From the NCBI GenBank assembly GCA_029557815.1, contig JAKQHX010000025.1, forward strand, positions 1 to 49,324: a DNA stretch of 49,324 nucleotides. Reading direction: 5' to 3'. Origin of the DNA: a bacterium (GTDB taxonomy: Bacteria; Patescibacteriota; Saccharimonadia; Saccharimonadales; JAGQNK01). Numbering within the stretch: the first letter of the stretch is position 1; the number at the start of each line of letters is the position of its first letter. The position numbers were made by a program, and so were the translations under genes. Below are positions 41,701-49,324 of this stretch, one piece after another. The notes under the pieces were generated by a model, which was not told the DNA's origin, made no database searches, and saw nothing but the letters and a program-made list of their open reading frames with translations.

Positions 41701-43026
41701 ATGGAAGTTTTGATTGCCGATCCTGGAGCTCGCGGACACGCCTTGGCAAGAAAGATTGCCGAATCTTCACTCGTGGATCGTATTTTTATGGCTCCCGGCA
41801 ACCCAGGTACGGCAGAAATTGCGGAAAACACAGGAATTACACACACTGACATCGAAAGTCAGCTGGATTTCGTCCGCAAACAAAAGAAAATTGGCATGGT
41901 AGTGATAAGTGCCGATGACCCATTAGCCGATGGTGCCGTAGATGCGTTTGAATCGGAATTTGCCGGTCGTGATTTAAGGGTGTGGGGCCCTCGCAAGAAC
42001 GCAGCCGAGATAGAATGGTCAAAGGTGTACGCCAAACGGTTGATGCAAAATAGGGGCATTCCGACTGCTAGGTTTGCCGTTCTATACAGTCTGGAGCAAG
42101 CCGGGAGCATTGAGTCTCGGAACTATCCTCTATACGCGAAGATGGACAAGCTATTTGGCGGTAAGGGTGTTGAAAGGTGTCATGATATCAAAGAGGTTGA
42201 AGCGGCGCTCAGTAAGTTCCATAGGCATGGCAGGCTAAGCCTTGAACATCCTGTTTTAGTTGAAGAGGAGTCAAAAGGTATAGAGTTGTCGCTGCAGGCT
42301 TTTTGCGATGGGACAGATTACGTCATGGTTCCATTTGCTATGAAAGATCATAAAACGATTCATGATGACGATACCGGCCCTATGACGGGCGGAATGGGCG
42401 TTATCGGCCCGGTTCCTGGCCTGAGCCGAGAAGATATCGATACGCTTGGTGAAATATTCGTGGCACCTGTACTGGCTGAACTTGCGCGACAAGGCAGGCC
42501 ATTCAAGGGGATGCTATATCCGGGGTTAAGGGGTTGGCAGTGTCTGGAGTATAATGCCCGGCCTGGTGACCCAGAAGCGCAGGTATGGGCTGCTATGCTG
42601 GAATCTGACTTAGTGGAAGTTATGGTAGCCTCTTGTGGCGGAGAGCTTAGTAGGCTGCCACCTCTGATATGGCGCAATGCGGCTACCGCCTGCCTCGTTT
42701 TGGCGGCGAAGGGCTATCCAGATAATCCCCAAAAAGGAGTGGTTATAACTGGGCACGACGTAAGTCTTCCGGGCAATAGCCACTTACTACATGCAGGCAC
42801 AGCCCGGCATGGTAACGACCTGGTCGTGAATGGTGGCAGAGTTCTGAATGTGGTTACCGTCGGCGAGGAAGGTGAATCGCTTCGTTCAGTTATTGATACT
42901 GCCTACAAAGCATCGGATATGATTAGCTTTGATGGCAAGCAGACTAGGCATGATGTGGGCGAACAGGTTCTGTCAGAGGAGTTTGGAGAGTATATTGATG
43001 CATGGAAACAAGAACGCCTCCCATGA
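41701..43026 (+). CDS. purD: Phosphoribosylamine--glycine ligase-like ATP-grasp enzyme
   Basis: MEVLIADPGARGHALARKIAES..RIFMAPGNPGT, an ATP-grasp central domain, and a C-terminal GGRVLNV motif. Length is about 441 aa. Confidence 0.8.
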   Translation: MEVLIADPGARGHALARKIAESSLVDRIFMAPGNPGTAEIAENTGITHTDIESQLDFVRKQKKIGMVVISADDPLADGAVDAFESEFAGRDLRVWGPRKNAAEIEWSKVYAKRLMQNRGIPTARFAVLYSLEQAGSIESRNYPLYAKMDKLFGGKGVERCHDIKEVEAALSKFHRHGRLSLEHPVLVEEESKGIELSLQAFCDGTDYVMVPFAMKDHKTIHDDDTGPMTGGMGVIGPVPGLSREDIDTLGEIFVAPVLAELARQGRPFKGMLYPGLRGWQCLEYNARPGDPEAQVWAAMLESDLVEVMVASCGGELSRLPPLIWRNAATACLVLAAKGYPDNPQKGVVITGHDVSLPGNSHLLHAGTARHGNDLVVNGGRVLNVVTVGEEGESLRSVIDTAYKASDMISFDGKQTRHDVGEQVLSEEFGEYIDAWKQERLP

Positions 43027-43056
43027 AGGAGGCGTCTTATAAGCAGTAGTCCGGGC

Positions 43057-43407
43057 TTATTTGGCTAGCTTGGCTGCTTTTACGACTGTTTCAAATGCCT
43101 TCGGCTCGTTTACGGCCAGTTCTGCCAGGACTTTTCGGTCAAGGCTGATGTTGGCTTTCTTGAGGCCATTGATAAGGCGACTGTAAGTAGTGCCATTCAG
43201 GCGCGCAGCTGCATTAATGCGTGCATTCCACAGTTCACGGAATGTACGTTTACGGTTGCGGCGGTCCCGGTAGGCATACTGTAATGATTTGGTGATAGCT
43301 TGCTTGCCGCGCTTGATCGAAGAGCGGTTACCGCGGGTCATGCCCTTGGTGGCTTTGCGAATCTTTTGATGCTTGGCGTGCGTCGTGACGCCTCTTTTGA
43401 TGCGCAT
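43057..43407 (-). CDS. rplT: 50S ribosomal protein L20
   Basis: [22 protein letters not shown]...[17 protein letters not shown] is the canonical L20 sequence. Confidence 0.95.
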   Translation of the reverse strand: MRIKRGVTTHAKHQKIRKATKGMTRGNRSSIKRGKQAITKSLQYAYRDRRNRKRTFRELWNARINAAARLNGTTYSRLINGLKKANISLDRKVLAELAVNEPKAFETVVKAAKLAK

Positions 43408-43408
43408 G

Positions 43409-43603
43409 CTAGACTCCTAACTTTCGTTTGATATTCTTCGCGCTTTTGCCAACCATCTGAGCTGGTACGGCGAACGTACGTTTACGGCTAGCGCTCTTTT
43501 TTTGTAGCAAGTGGTTGCCACCCGCACGTCCTTGCAGGACTTTACCGTTCTTGGTTACTTTCATGCGGTCTTTTGTGCCGCTATGAGTCTTTAGTTTTGG
43601 CAT
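43409..43603 (-). CDS. rpmI: 50S ribosomal protein L35
   Basis: [22 protein letters not shown]...; position between infC and rplT. Confidence 0.93.
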   Translation of the reverse strand: MPKLKTHSGTKDRMKVTKNGKVLQGRAGGNHLLQKKSASRKRTFAVPAQMVGKSAKNIKRKLGV

Positions 43604-43604
43604 A

Positions 43605-44204
43605 TTATCCTCCTAAACTTTCTTGTTTCTCTGAGCGTTTGGTTGATGGAGTAGGTGCTTCGTTCGCTTCAACTTTCTTGTTGGAGAGTTTGGCGGAAGA
43701 GCTGCTCCTTATCACGAAATTTAGCTGTTTGCCGGCCATCTGAGGCTTTTGTTCGACTACGACTGCATCGCCAAAGCCTTCTATGACTTTATCTGCCAGT
43801 TTGAAGCCCATTTCCTTGTGGGCCAACTCTCTGCCACGATACCGTATCGTAATCTTGACTTTGTGTCCGGCCTCCAAGAAGCCAGTGACTTTCTTGAGTT
43901 TTACCCCTAGGTCGTGGTCACTGATCTTTAGACCAAAGCGCATTTGTTTGATCTCTGAGGCCTTCACGCTCCGTTTGTTTTTCTGGGCCTGCTTGGTCTT
44001 TTGGTAGTTGTACTTACCCCAATCAACGATTTTGGCTACCGGCGGGTTAGCGTTCGGAGAAATTTCTACCAGGTCAAGTCCGCGTTGCTCGGCGGCTGCA
44101 AGAGCCTCACCCCTGGACATGACACCGAGCTGATCGCCTTGTTCATCAATCACGCGTAAGCTCGTGGCCCGAATGTTGTGATTCAGGCGGGTGTACTTGT
44201 CGAT
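43605..44204 (-). CDS. infC: Translation initiation factor IF-3, probably initiating at a non-canonical AUC codon
   Basis: The ORF-track GTG (44153) truncates the conserved N-terminus. In frame upstream the sequence reads IDKYTRLNHNIRATSLRVIDEQGDQLG, which matches the IF-3 N-domain. GGAG lies at 44216-44213, with an 8-nt spacer before ATC at 44204-44202. No in-frame ATG/GTG/TTG is available upstream. Confidence 0.85.
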   Translation of the reverse strand: MDKYTRLNHNIRATSLRVIDEQGDQLGVMSRGEALAAAEQRGLDLVEISPNANPPVAKIVDWGKYNYQKTKQAQKNKRSVKASEIKQMRFGLKISDHDLGVKLKKVTGFLEAGHKVKITIRYRGRELAHKEMGFKLADKVIEGFGDAVVVEQKPQMAGKQLNFVIRSSSSAKLSNKKVEANEAPTPSTKRSEKQESLGG

Positions 44205-44286
44205 AGAATTGTCTCCTTTATTTACTAAACGCTGGTTGCAAGCATTTTAACAGATGAGTCAACAGAGGTCAACAAACTTTTCGTAT

Positions 44287-45816
44287 TTATATTGTTTCTA
44301 GGGACGGGCGGCGGTACTGTAAAGCTTCGCTGACATGTGGGGTATCTAGAGCGGTTGCACTCGAAAGGTCGGCAATTGTTTGAGCGACTTTGATGATGCG
44401 CATATAGCTTCTGGCGGAAATATTTAGACGTTCTGCGGCTTGGTTGAGCAATTGCTCCGCAGCGTCAGTCAAAGTAACGTATTTCTTGATGTCACGATTG
44501 GTCAAGGTGGCGTTTTGTATGAGTGGATCTTGGTAGCGTTCGAGCTGTCGGGCACGAGCACGCATAACACGTTTTTGGATACTGCTGCTCGGTTCTTCTT
44601 GCTGGCCGTGTAAAAGAGATTTGTGTTTTATTTCGTCGACATCAACGTACAGATCGATTCTATCGATAATCGGTCCAGACAGCTTGCGATGGTACTTATT
44701 AATTTCATGCGGTAGGCACGAGCAGGCTTTCGTCGTGCCGTAATAGCCGCACGGACAGGGGTTTGAGGTCGCGACTAGCATAAAATTTGCAGGAAATGTG
44801 ATGTTGTCGCGTGCACGGGCGACGGATATGACACGGTCTTCGAGTGGCTGTCGGAGCGCTTCGATTGTCGGACGGCTGAACTCGGGGAACTCGTCAAACA
44901 TCAATATGCCACGATGCGCGAGGCTGATTTCTCCTGGTCGAGGATATTGCCCGCCTCCTATAATGGAAATTTCGCTAGCACTGTGATGCGGTGAGCGAAA
45001 TGGCCGTGTGTCTACGATCTGTTCGTATTCTTTGCTAGCCAGGCTGTGAAGGTGCGTAACCTCCAAGATCTCCTCGAGCTCCATAGGCGGAAGAATAGAC
45101 GGCATGGCTTTTGCGAGCATGCTTTTACCAGTACCGGGCGCACCGCTCATTAGGATATTGTGGCCACCGGCTGCGGCAATCTCGAGAGCTCGTTTAGCTC
45201 GCGCCTGACCAACTACGTCTTTGAAGTCGTTTGCATAGGTGATGGATTTGCTGGCAAGTTTGTTTGTGCCCGAAGGATGCCTTTTTAGCGGCACTGTCTT
45301 TGTCAGGTCCAGATAGACATCTCGCATGTTTTTCACCGGTATTATCGTGAGCCCAGGTACAAGGAGGGCTTGCTCAACATTATCGCTAGGTACATAGAAG
45401 GTCGTAAACTTCTTTTTTCGTCCCGCCAGTAATTTGCCTATGATACCCCTTACGCCACGTACGCTGCCGTCTAGGCCAAGCTCACCAATGAAAGACGAGT
45501 GTACTGGGGGTGAGTCGGCGATTTGGCCGCTGGCCACCAGAATCGCTACGGCGATAGGCAGGTCAAAGCTCGTACTGTCTTTAGGGATATCTGCGGGTGC
45601 GAGATTTATGGTGATGCGCTTTTTAGGCAGATCCAGCTTGTTGTTTGCAAATGCGCTTCGGATGCGTTCCTTAGATTCATCTACGGCCTTATTGGCAAAG
45701 CCTACGATAACAATACTTGGCAGGCCATTGGACACGTGACATTCTACGTTAATCGTGACTGCCTGGTTGCCGGCATCCAGGATGCTTTGTACGATCGCAC
45801 TCATTATAGTTTTCAT
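44287..45816 (-). CDS. comM: Mg-chelatase-like AAA+ protein ComM/YifB
   Basis: N-terminal Lon-protease-like domain (GLPSIVIVGFANKAVDESKERIRSA), Walker A GAPGTGKSM, and the zinc-finger-like CPCGYYG...CSC. Confidence 0.9.
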   Translation of the reverse strand: MKTIMSAIVQSILDAGNQAVTINVECHVSNGLPSIVIVGFANKAVDESKERIRSAFANNKLDLPKKRITINLAPADIPKDSTSFDLPIAVAILVASGQIADSPPVHSSFIGELGLDGSVRGVRGIIGKLLAGRKKKFTTFYVPSDNVEQALLVPGLTIIPVKNMRDVYLDLTKTVPLKRHPSGTNKLASKSITYANDFKDVVGQARAKRALEIAAAGGHNILMSGAPGTGKSMLAKAMPSILPPMELEEILEVTHLHSLASKEYEQIVDTRPFRSPHHSASEISIIGGGQYPRPGEISLAHRGILMFDEFPEFSRPTIEALRQPLEDRVISVARARDNITFPANFMLVATSNPCPCGYYGTTKACSCLPHEINKYHRKLSGPIIDRIDLYVDVDEIKHKSLLHGQQEEPSSSIQKRVMRARARQLERYQDPLIQNATLTNRDIKKYVTLTDAAEQLLNQAAERLNISARSYMRIIKVAQTIADLSSATALDTPHVSEALQYRRPSLETI

Positions 45817-46653
45817 TATTAAGCAAACCTTCCAAAATGCAAAGTTTGTTTTAGGAGTCCGGGCGGTCTTTATTGCGCTGTTCTAAAAGCGTCTTCTAAT
45901 AAGAACAACGGCTTGCGAGAAGCCGTTGTTACAGAGTCGTTTTTGTTTTTGAGCACTTTTTTTATTCAAGTGCTACGCATATCTTAACCAACAGTTTCTG
46001 GCACGTCAATAGCGATTATGCCTAATTTTTGACGCCTGTGTATAACTCGCTAAGTACATATGCCTATATCTATATTGAAATGAGTGTAGGACTCGCTATT
46101 CTACCAAAAAGTCGAAGTAATAAATGCGCTTTATGTGAGACAAATATTTATGTGGACTGTGTGGTTGGTAGGCAGAGGGTGACCGTGCTTAACATTATGG
46201 GTCAAGCAAAAGTCCGTTCTATGACGCCAGGCTGGGATCTTCGGCTTAAATACGAGATTTTGTAGCTCAAGTAGCCGGGGTATTAACTAGTCCTGATGAT
46301 TAGACTGTAATGAAACCGCGTTAGAGACTTTATCGCCCGAAGCCTATGACAATACCCATGCTCGTAGCTATACGCAAGGTTGCTACGGATCCATGTTGCC
46401 GACATGCGTCAAAGGCACTGGTCTGAAGGCGAGTGCGCCTTGTAGGATTTCTGGTAGGTGGGCTAGATGAATGGTACGTGCCAAAAGCATAGTAGATGTA
46501 CGCAAAGCACCAAAATAATTAGACAAGGTTAATAATATTAAATATTTATTCAAAATATTAGATGTAATAATAACTACAATAATTGTCTGTATTTATTTTC
46601 ATATACAACGCAACTTGTAGGTGTAATGATGTTAATAAAGCTACAAATAGAGA

Positions 46654-46868
46654 TTGACATATTTTTATAAAAATAGTATATTGGAGTATGTAAGTCGAAA
46701 ACAAAAACTTACCAAAACGGGGTAACCCGATATCGCTCAATCCGCCAACCGGCGGAAAGAGCGGTCAGTCAAAGCCAAGGACGGTAAGCGCTAAATATTT
46801 ACATTTAAAGAGCGGATTTACCGTCCCGGCTCCACGTAGAACACTATGGGAAAACTGTAGTGTTTTTG
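46654..46868 (+). ncRNA. Promoter plus ~180-nt structured RNA plus intrinsic terminator upstream of the 46907 gene (candidate cis-regulatory leader or sRNA; class unknown)
   Basis: TTGACA (46654-59), 17 nt, TATATT (46677-82). Hairpins: GUAAGU/ACUUAC (46690-712); CGGG-GUAA-CCCG (46718-29); CGCUC[CCGCC-AACC-GGCGG]GAGCG (46734-63); GGACGGUAA/UUACCGUCC (46779-826). The terminator is AACACUA-11 nt-UAGUGUU plus UUUU (46840-68). Confidence 0.4.
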
Positions 46869-46906
46869 TGCTTCAGGGTCGTTTGGAGTAAAGTTGAGTA
46901 CACGAG

Positions 46907-47239
46907 ATGAAAAATAGTAAAAAACTTGTACTATTATTTTGGCCGCCACTTATTTTTTCTATCTTTATATTGATGACCGACCCGTATAGGCTGCCGCTTC
47001 CGTTGCTACTTATTCCTTTCTTGCTTATAGGCATAAGCTGCTACTGCTTTATTAAAGAGTTTTTGCGTATGGCGCCTATTTCTGTTCGAAAGCGGAAGTT
47101 TATTGCTGTCGTTCTCACGATAATCATACTGCTGGGTGTACTGCTTCAGTCTATACGCCAACTTTCTATCAAAGACTTTCTCATACTTTTGGCGCTCTTG
47201 ATCGGTGTAGCGTTTTATATGCGTCGGATGGACGTATAG
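46907..47239 (+). CDS. Small integral membrane protein (3-4 TMs), unknown
   Basis: 110-aa hydrophobic ORF with lower GC than the surrounding genes and a poor RBS. Confidence 0.5.
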   Translation: MKNSKKLVLLFWPPLIFSIFILMTDPYRLPLPLLLIPFLLIGISCYCFIKEFLRMAPISVRKRKFIAVVLTIIILLGVLLQSIRQLSIKDFLILLALLIGVAFYMRRMDV

Positions 47240-47326
47240 ACGGGGTGGAAAGCGCCTACACATAAGTATTAATTCCAGAACATATCTGTTAACTGTGGAC
47301 TGGTTTTGATATACTAACCTCCAGTA

Positions 47327-47773
47327 ATGAACCCTCAAGAGCAAGAGCATTTACCATCTTTTGAATTGCCGGCTGCCCAAGCCACAGAGCAGATTAGCCA
47401 GGCTTTGCCCGAGCAGCGCAAGGACTCTATGCATGAAGCACAGAGTGCTATTGCTATCGAGCAAGGTGCTGCAGGTCAGGCGGTACTGTCGCAGGCTGCT
47501 CCTCCTGCACAGCAGGCTACATCGGGAAAAGCGGATGATAGTGTCCAGGTGGGCCAACCGGATGACCAGGGCGGTTCGACTCCACTCATGGGTTCACCCC
47601 AGATTGCTGATGACAATGACCTTATAGAAAAAGAGTGGGTTATAAGGGCCAAAGAGATTGTTGCCCGGACTGCCCACGATCCTCATTTGCAGAACAGAGA
47701 AATGAACAGGTTCAAGGCCGACTACCTGAAAAAACGTTATAACAAAGACGTCAAACTAAGCGAAGACACATAA
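47327..47773 (+). CDS. Hypothetical protein (Gln/Ala-rich N-half, conserved-looking basic C-half)
   Basis: 148-aa ORF ending 5 nt before the ATPase gene. No family was recognised. Confidence 0.5.
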   Translation: MNPQEQEHLPSFELPAAQATEQISQALPEQRKDSMHEAQSAIAIEQGAAGQAVLSQAAPPAQQATSGKADDSVQVGQPDDQGGSTPLMGSPQIADDNDLIEKEWVIRAKEIVARTAHDPHLQNREMNRFKADYLKKRYNKDVKLSEDT

Positions 47774-47778
47774 GCGAC

Positions 47779-49324
47779 ATGGGCACTGTACTAATAATTT
47801 TCGGGATTTTTCTCCTCTTGGTCGCCATGGCAACGCCGGTAGTGTTTCTTCAGGTGCGCAAGATTTTTCGTGAGCAAAAGAATTTTGAGCGCGGCCTCAA
47901 AATGGTACCGCTGCTCATACATCTGCCTCCCCAAAGTGACGATACCGAGGGTAGCGGTCGTGATGCCCGTGATGTTGTAGAAGAGAATATATCGAAGGCG
48001 CAAATACTCTATAACATAATTGCTGGCACTCTTCAGAAAGGCCTAAAGCATGAGTTTTATGGACAGCGTCATTTCTCATTCGAGATTGTCGGTGCAAAAG
48101 GCTTCGTGCATTACTATGCAGCGGTTCCGATAGCACTGGTGGAGGTTGTCAAGCAAGCAGTGGTTAGTGCTTATCCGGCGGCCCGTCTGGAGGAGGTAGC
48201 CGAACATAATATTTTCAGTCCGGTTGGCAAAATCAGCGGTACCGTTGGCGGGGAATTGACACTCAAAGAGCATTTTGCATATCCTATCGCAACCTACCAA
48301 GACCTGAAACGCGACGCGATGCAATCGCTGCTCAACGCCCTTTCCACCCTTGAAAAAGAAGACGGGGTTGGCATACAAATACTGATGAGGCCGGCAAATC
48401 CGGGTTGGCGCAAAGCGGCATCAGCCGTGGCAAGCAAAAAACGCAGTGGCAAACAACAGCATCACCAGGGAGTGGAAGCCATTGCCTGGTGGCTTCGGAA
48501 TATACCAAAAGCGTTTTTCCAGCCACCAGATGAAGGTAAAGATAAATCCGATAAATCAGACTTATCGCCTATGGAGCATTCAATCCTTGATTCGATTGAT
48601 GAGAAGACAAAGCACCCTGGCTACGAGGTGCTTATTCGTGTCGTTGCTTCCTCTAATGTATCGCAGAAGGCCCAAGGGATTCTTAATAACGTTGTTGCTT
48701 CGTTTGCGTTGTTTGACGCGCAGGGCAAAAATGGATTCAAGTACACTCCGGCCAAAGATATCGAACGGTTTGTGACGGCCTATATCCTTCGGTTTTTCCC
48801 CCAGACTTCAAATAAGAGCATACTGAATTCCATTGAGCTCGCGACGTTATTCCACTTTCCAGACCAAAAGAATATTCCAACTTCGCAGCTGGAGCGTCAG
48901 GCATCTAAGCAAGTCGATGGCCCGCGTAATGTACCAGAAGAAGGCCTTCTGCTTGGATACAACGTTTTTCGTGGTGCTAAAAAACCTATTCGTTTGGCCC
49001 TCGGGGATAGACAACGGCATATGTATGTTGTCGGACAGACGGGAACAGGTAAATCTACGTTCTTGGAAAACATGGCCCTACAGGACATGCTGAATGGCGA
49101 CGGTTTTGCCTTCGTTGATCCGCATGGTGATACTGCCGAGAAGTTATTGTCCATGGTCCCAAAAGAGCGTACGGAAGACGTTATATACTTCTGTCCATCC
49201 GATATGGATTACCCGATGGGGTTGAACCTATTTGAGTTCTACGCGCCAGAACAGAAGGATTTCTTGATTCAAGAAACGCTGAACATGCTTTATAAACTCT
49301 ATGACCCCCAGCGCCAGGGAATCA
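47779..49324 (+). CDS. Membrane-anchored P-loop ATPase of the VirD4/TraD/TraG (type IV coupling protein / T4SS DNA-transfer) type, 5' 515 codons (runs off window end)
   Basis: I translated this by hand; it has no stop to the end of the window, so it is absent from the ORF track. It starts MGTVLIIFGIFLLLVAMATPVVFLQVRK (TM). It carries Walker A HMYVVGQTGTGKSTF followed by FAFVDPHGD, the pattern typical of coupling-protein/HerA-like ATPases. Confidence 0.75.
   Translation, partial: MGTVLIIFGIFLLLVAMATPVVFLQVRKIFREQKNFERGLKMVPLLIHLPPQSDDTEGSGRDARDVVEENISKAQILYNIIAGTLQKGLKHEFYGQRHFSFEIVGAKGFVHYYAAVPIALVEVVKQAVVSAYPAARLEEVAEHNIFSPVGKISGTVGGELTLKEHFAYPIATYQDLKRDAMQSLLNALSTLEKEDGVGIQILMRPANPGWRKAASAVASKKRSGKQQHHQGVEAIAWWLRNIPKAFFQPPDEGKDKSDKSDLSPMEHSILDSIDEKTKHPGYEVLIRVVASSNVSQKAQGILNNVVASFALFDAQGKNGFKYTPAKDIERFVTAYILRFFPQTSNKSILNSIELATLFHFPDQKNIPTSQLERQASKQVDGPRNVPEEGLLLGYNVFRGAKKPIRLALGDRQRHMYVVGQTGTGKSTFLENMALQDMLNGDGFAFVDPHGDTAEKLLSMVPKERTEDVIYFCPSDMDYPMGLNLFEFYAPEQKDFLIQETLNMLYKLYDPQRQGI

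Noticed and set aside
46293-46315. CUGAUGA ... GAAA spacing reminiscent of a hammerhead ribozyme core
   Set aside because: The intervening segment (UUAGACUGUAAU) forms only a 3-bp AU stem with an unpaired U next to GAAA. I could not build stems I and III or a cleavage-site triplet.
46530-46690. Extremely AT-rich segment as a replication origin
   Set aside because: No TTATCCACA-type DnaA boxes or clustered repeats are visible, and neither dnaA nor dnaN is adjacent. A promoter UP-region or a horizontally acquired boundary is the better explanation.
1-49324. CRISPR arrays, rRNA genes, intact transposons/IS elements, DGR or retron components
   Set aside because: I scanned for regularly spaced direct repeats, terminal inverted repeats with transposase ORFs and reverse-transcriptase motifs and found none. 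The only repeats seen are the paralog tract and the tRNA 3'-end fragments reported above.

Overview
This is a gene-dense 49.3 kb chromosomal segment. By inference from gene content it comes from a small-genome, monoderm-type bacterium of the Candidate Phyla Radiation / Patescibacteria, probably Saccharibacteria-like. The supporting content is a secretin-less type IV pilus operon, comM, tgt/queA/miaA, nrdR, VKOR, many tRNAs and very short intergenic spacers. The standard code applies: TAA, TAG and TGA all terminate recognisable genes.

Layout:
- 1-142: ychF 5' end.
- 300-5657: two tandem copies of a two-gene cassette (small membrane-anchored protein plus a ~650-700 aa secreted Cys-rich protein) that I cannot assign to any family.
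- 5813-17523: complete type IV pilus operon (pilM-N-O, pilB, pilT, pilC, major pilin, prepilin peptidase, four pilin-like proteins).
- 17.5-45.8 kb: housekeeping block. It holds xerC/D-like, ndk, a PPIase, a Crp-family regulator with a CRP-type operator, VKOR, an HNH endonuclease, two GT2 glycosyltransferases, nrdR, tgt, thrS behind a T-box leader, an ATL protein, miaA, an MFS transporter, rpmB, an M50 protease, queA, a PCD-RNase H fusion, RNase P RNA, purD, infC-rpmI-rplT and comM. Six tRNAs lie here: Arg-CCT, Asp-GTC, Thr-CGT, Gly-CCC, Val-GAC and Pro-GGG.
- 45817-46906: AT-rich 1.1 kb non-coding region containing a promoter-structured RNA-terminator unit.
- 46907-49324: two small genes and a long VirD4/TraD-like ATPase ORF running off the window end.

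Two edge-truncated genes are missing from the supplied ORF track: ychF at 1-142 and the ATPase at 47779-49324.

Most interesting observations:
- the duplicated unknown-family cassette joined to the pilus operon, with a 75-nt gene-conversion tract;
- fossil tRNA 3'-end duplications at tRNA-Asp and tRNA-Val;
- two orphan promoter/terminator-bounded structured RNAs;
- a canonical T-box antiterminator upstream of thrS;
- the PCD-RNase H fusion;
- the hidden coupling-protein-like ATPase next to the AT-rich region.

No CRISPR array, rRNA or intact mobile element was seen.
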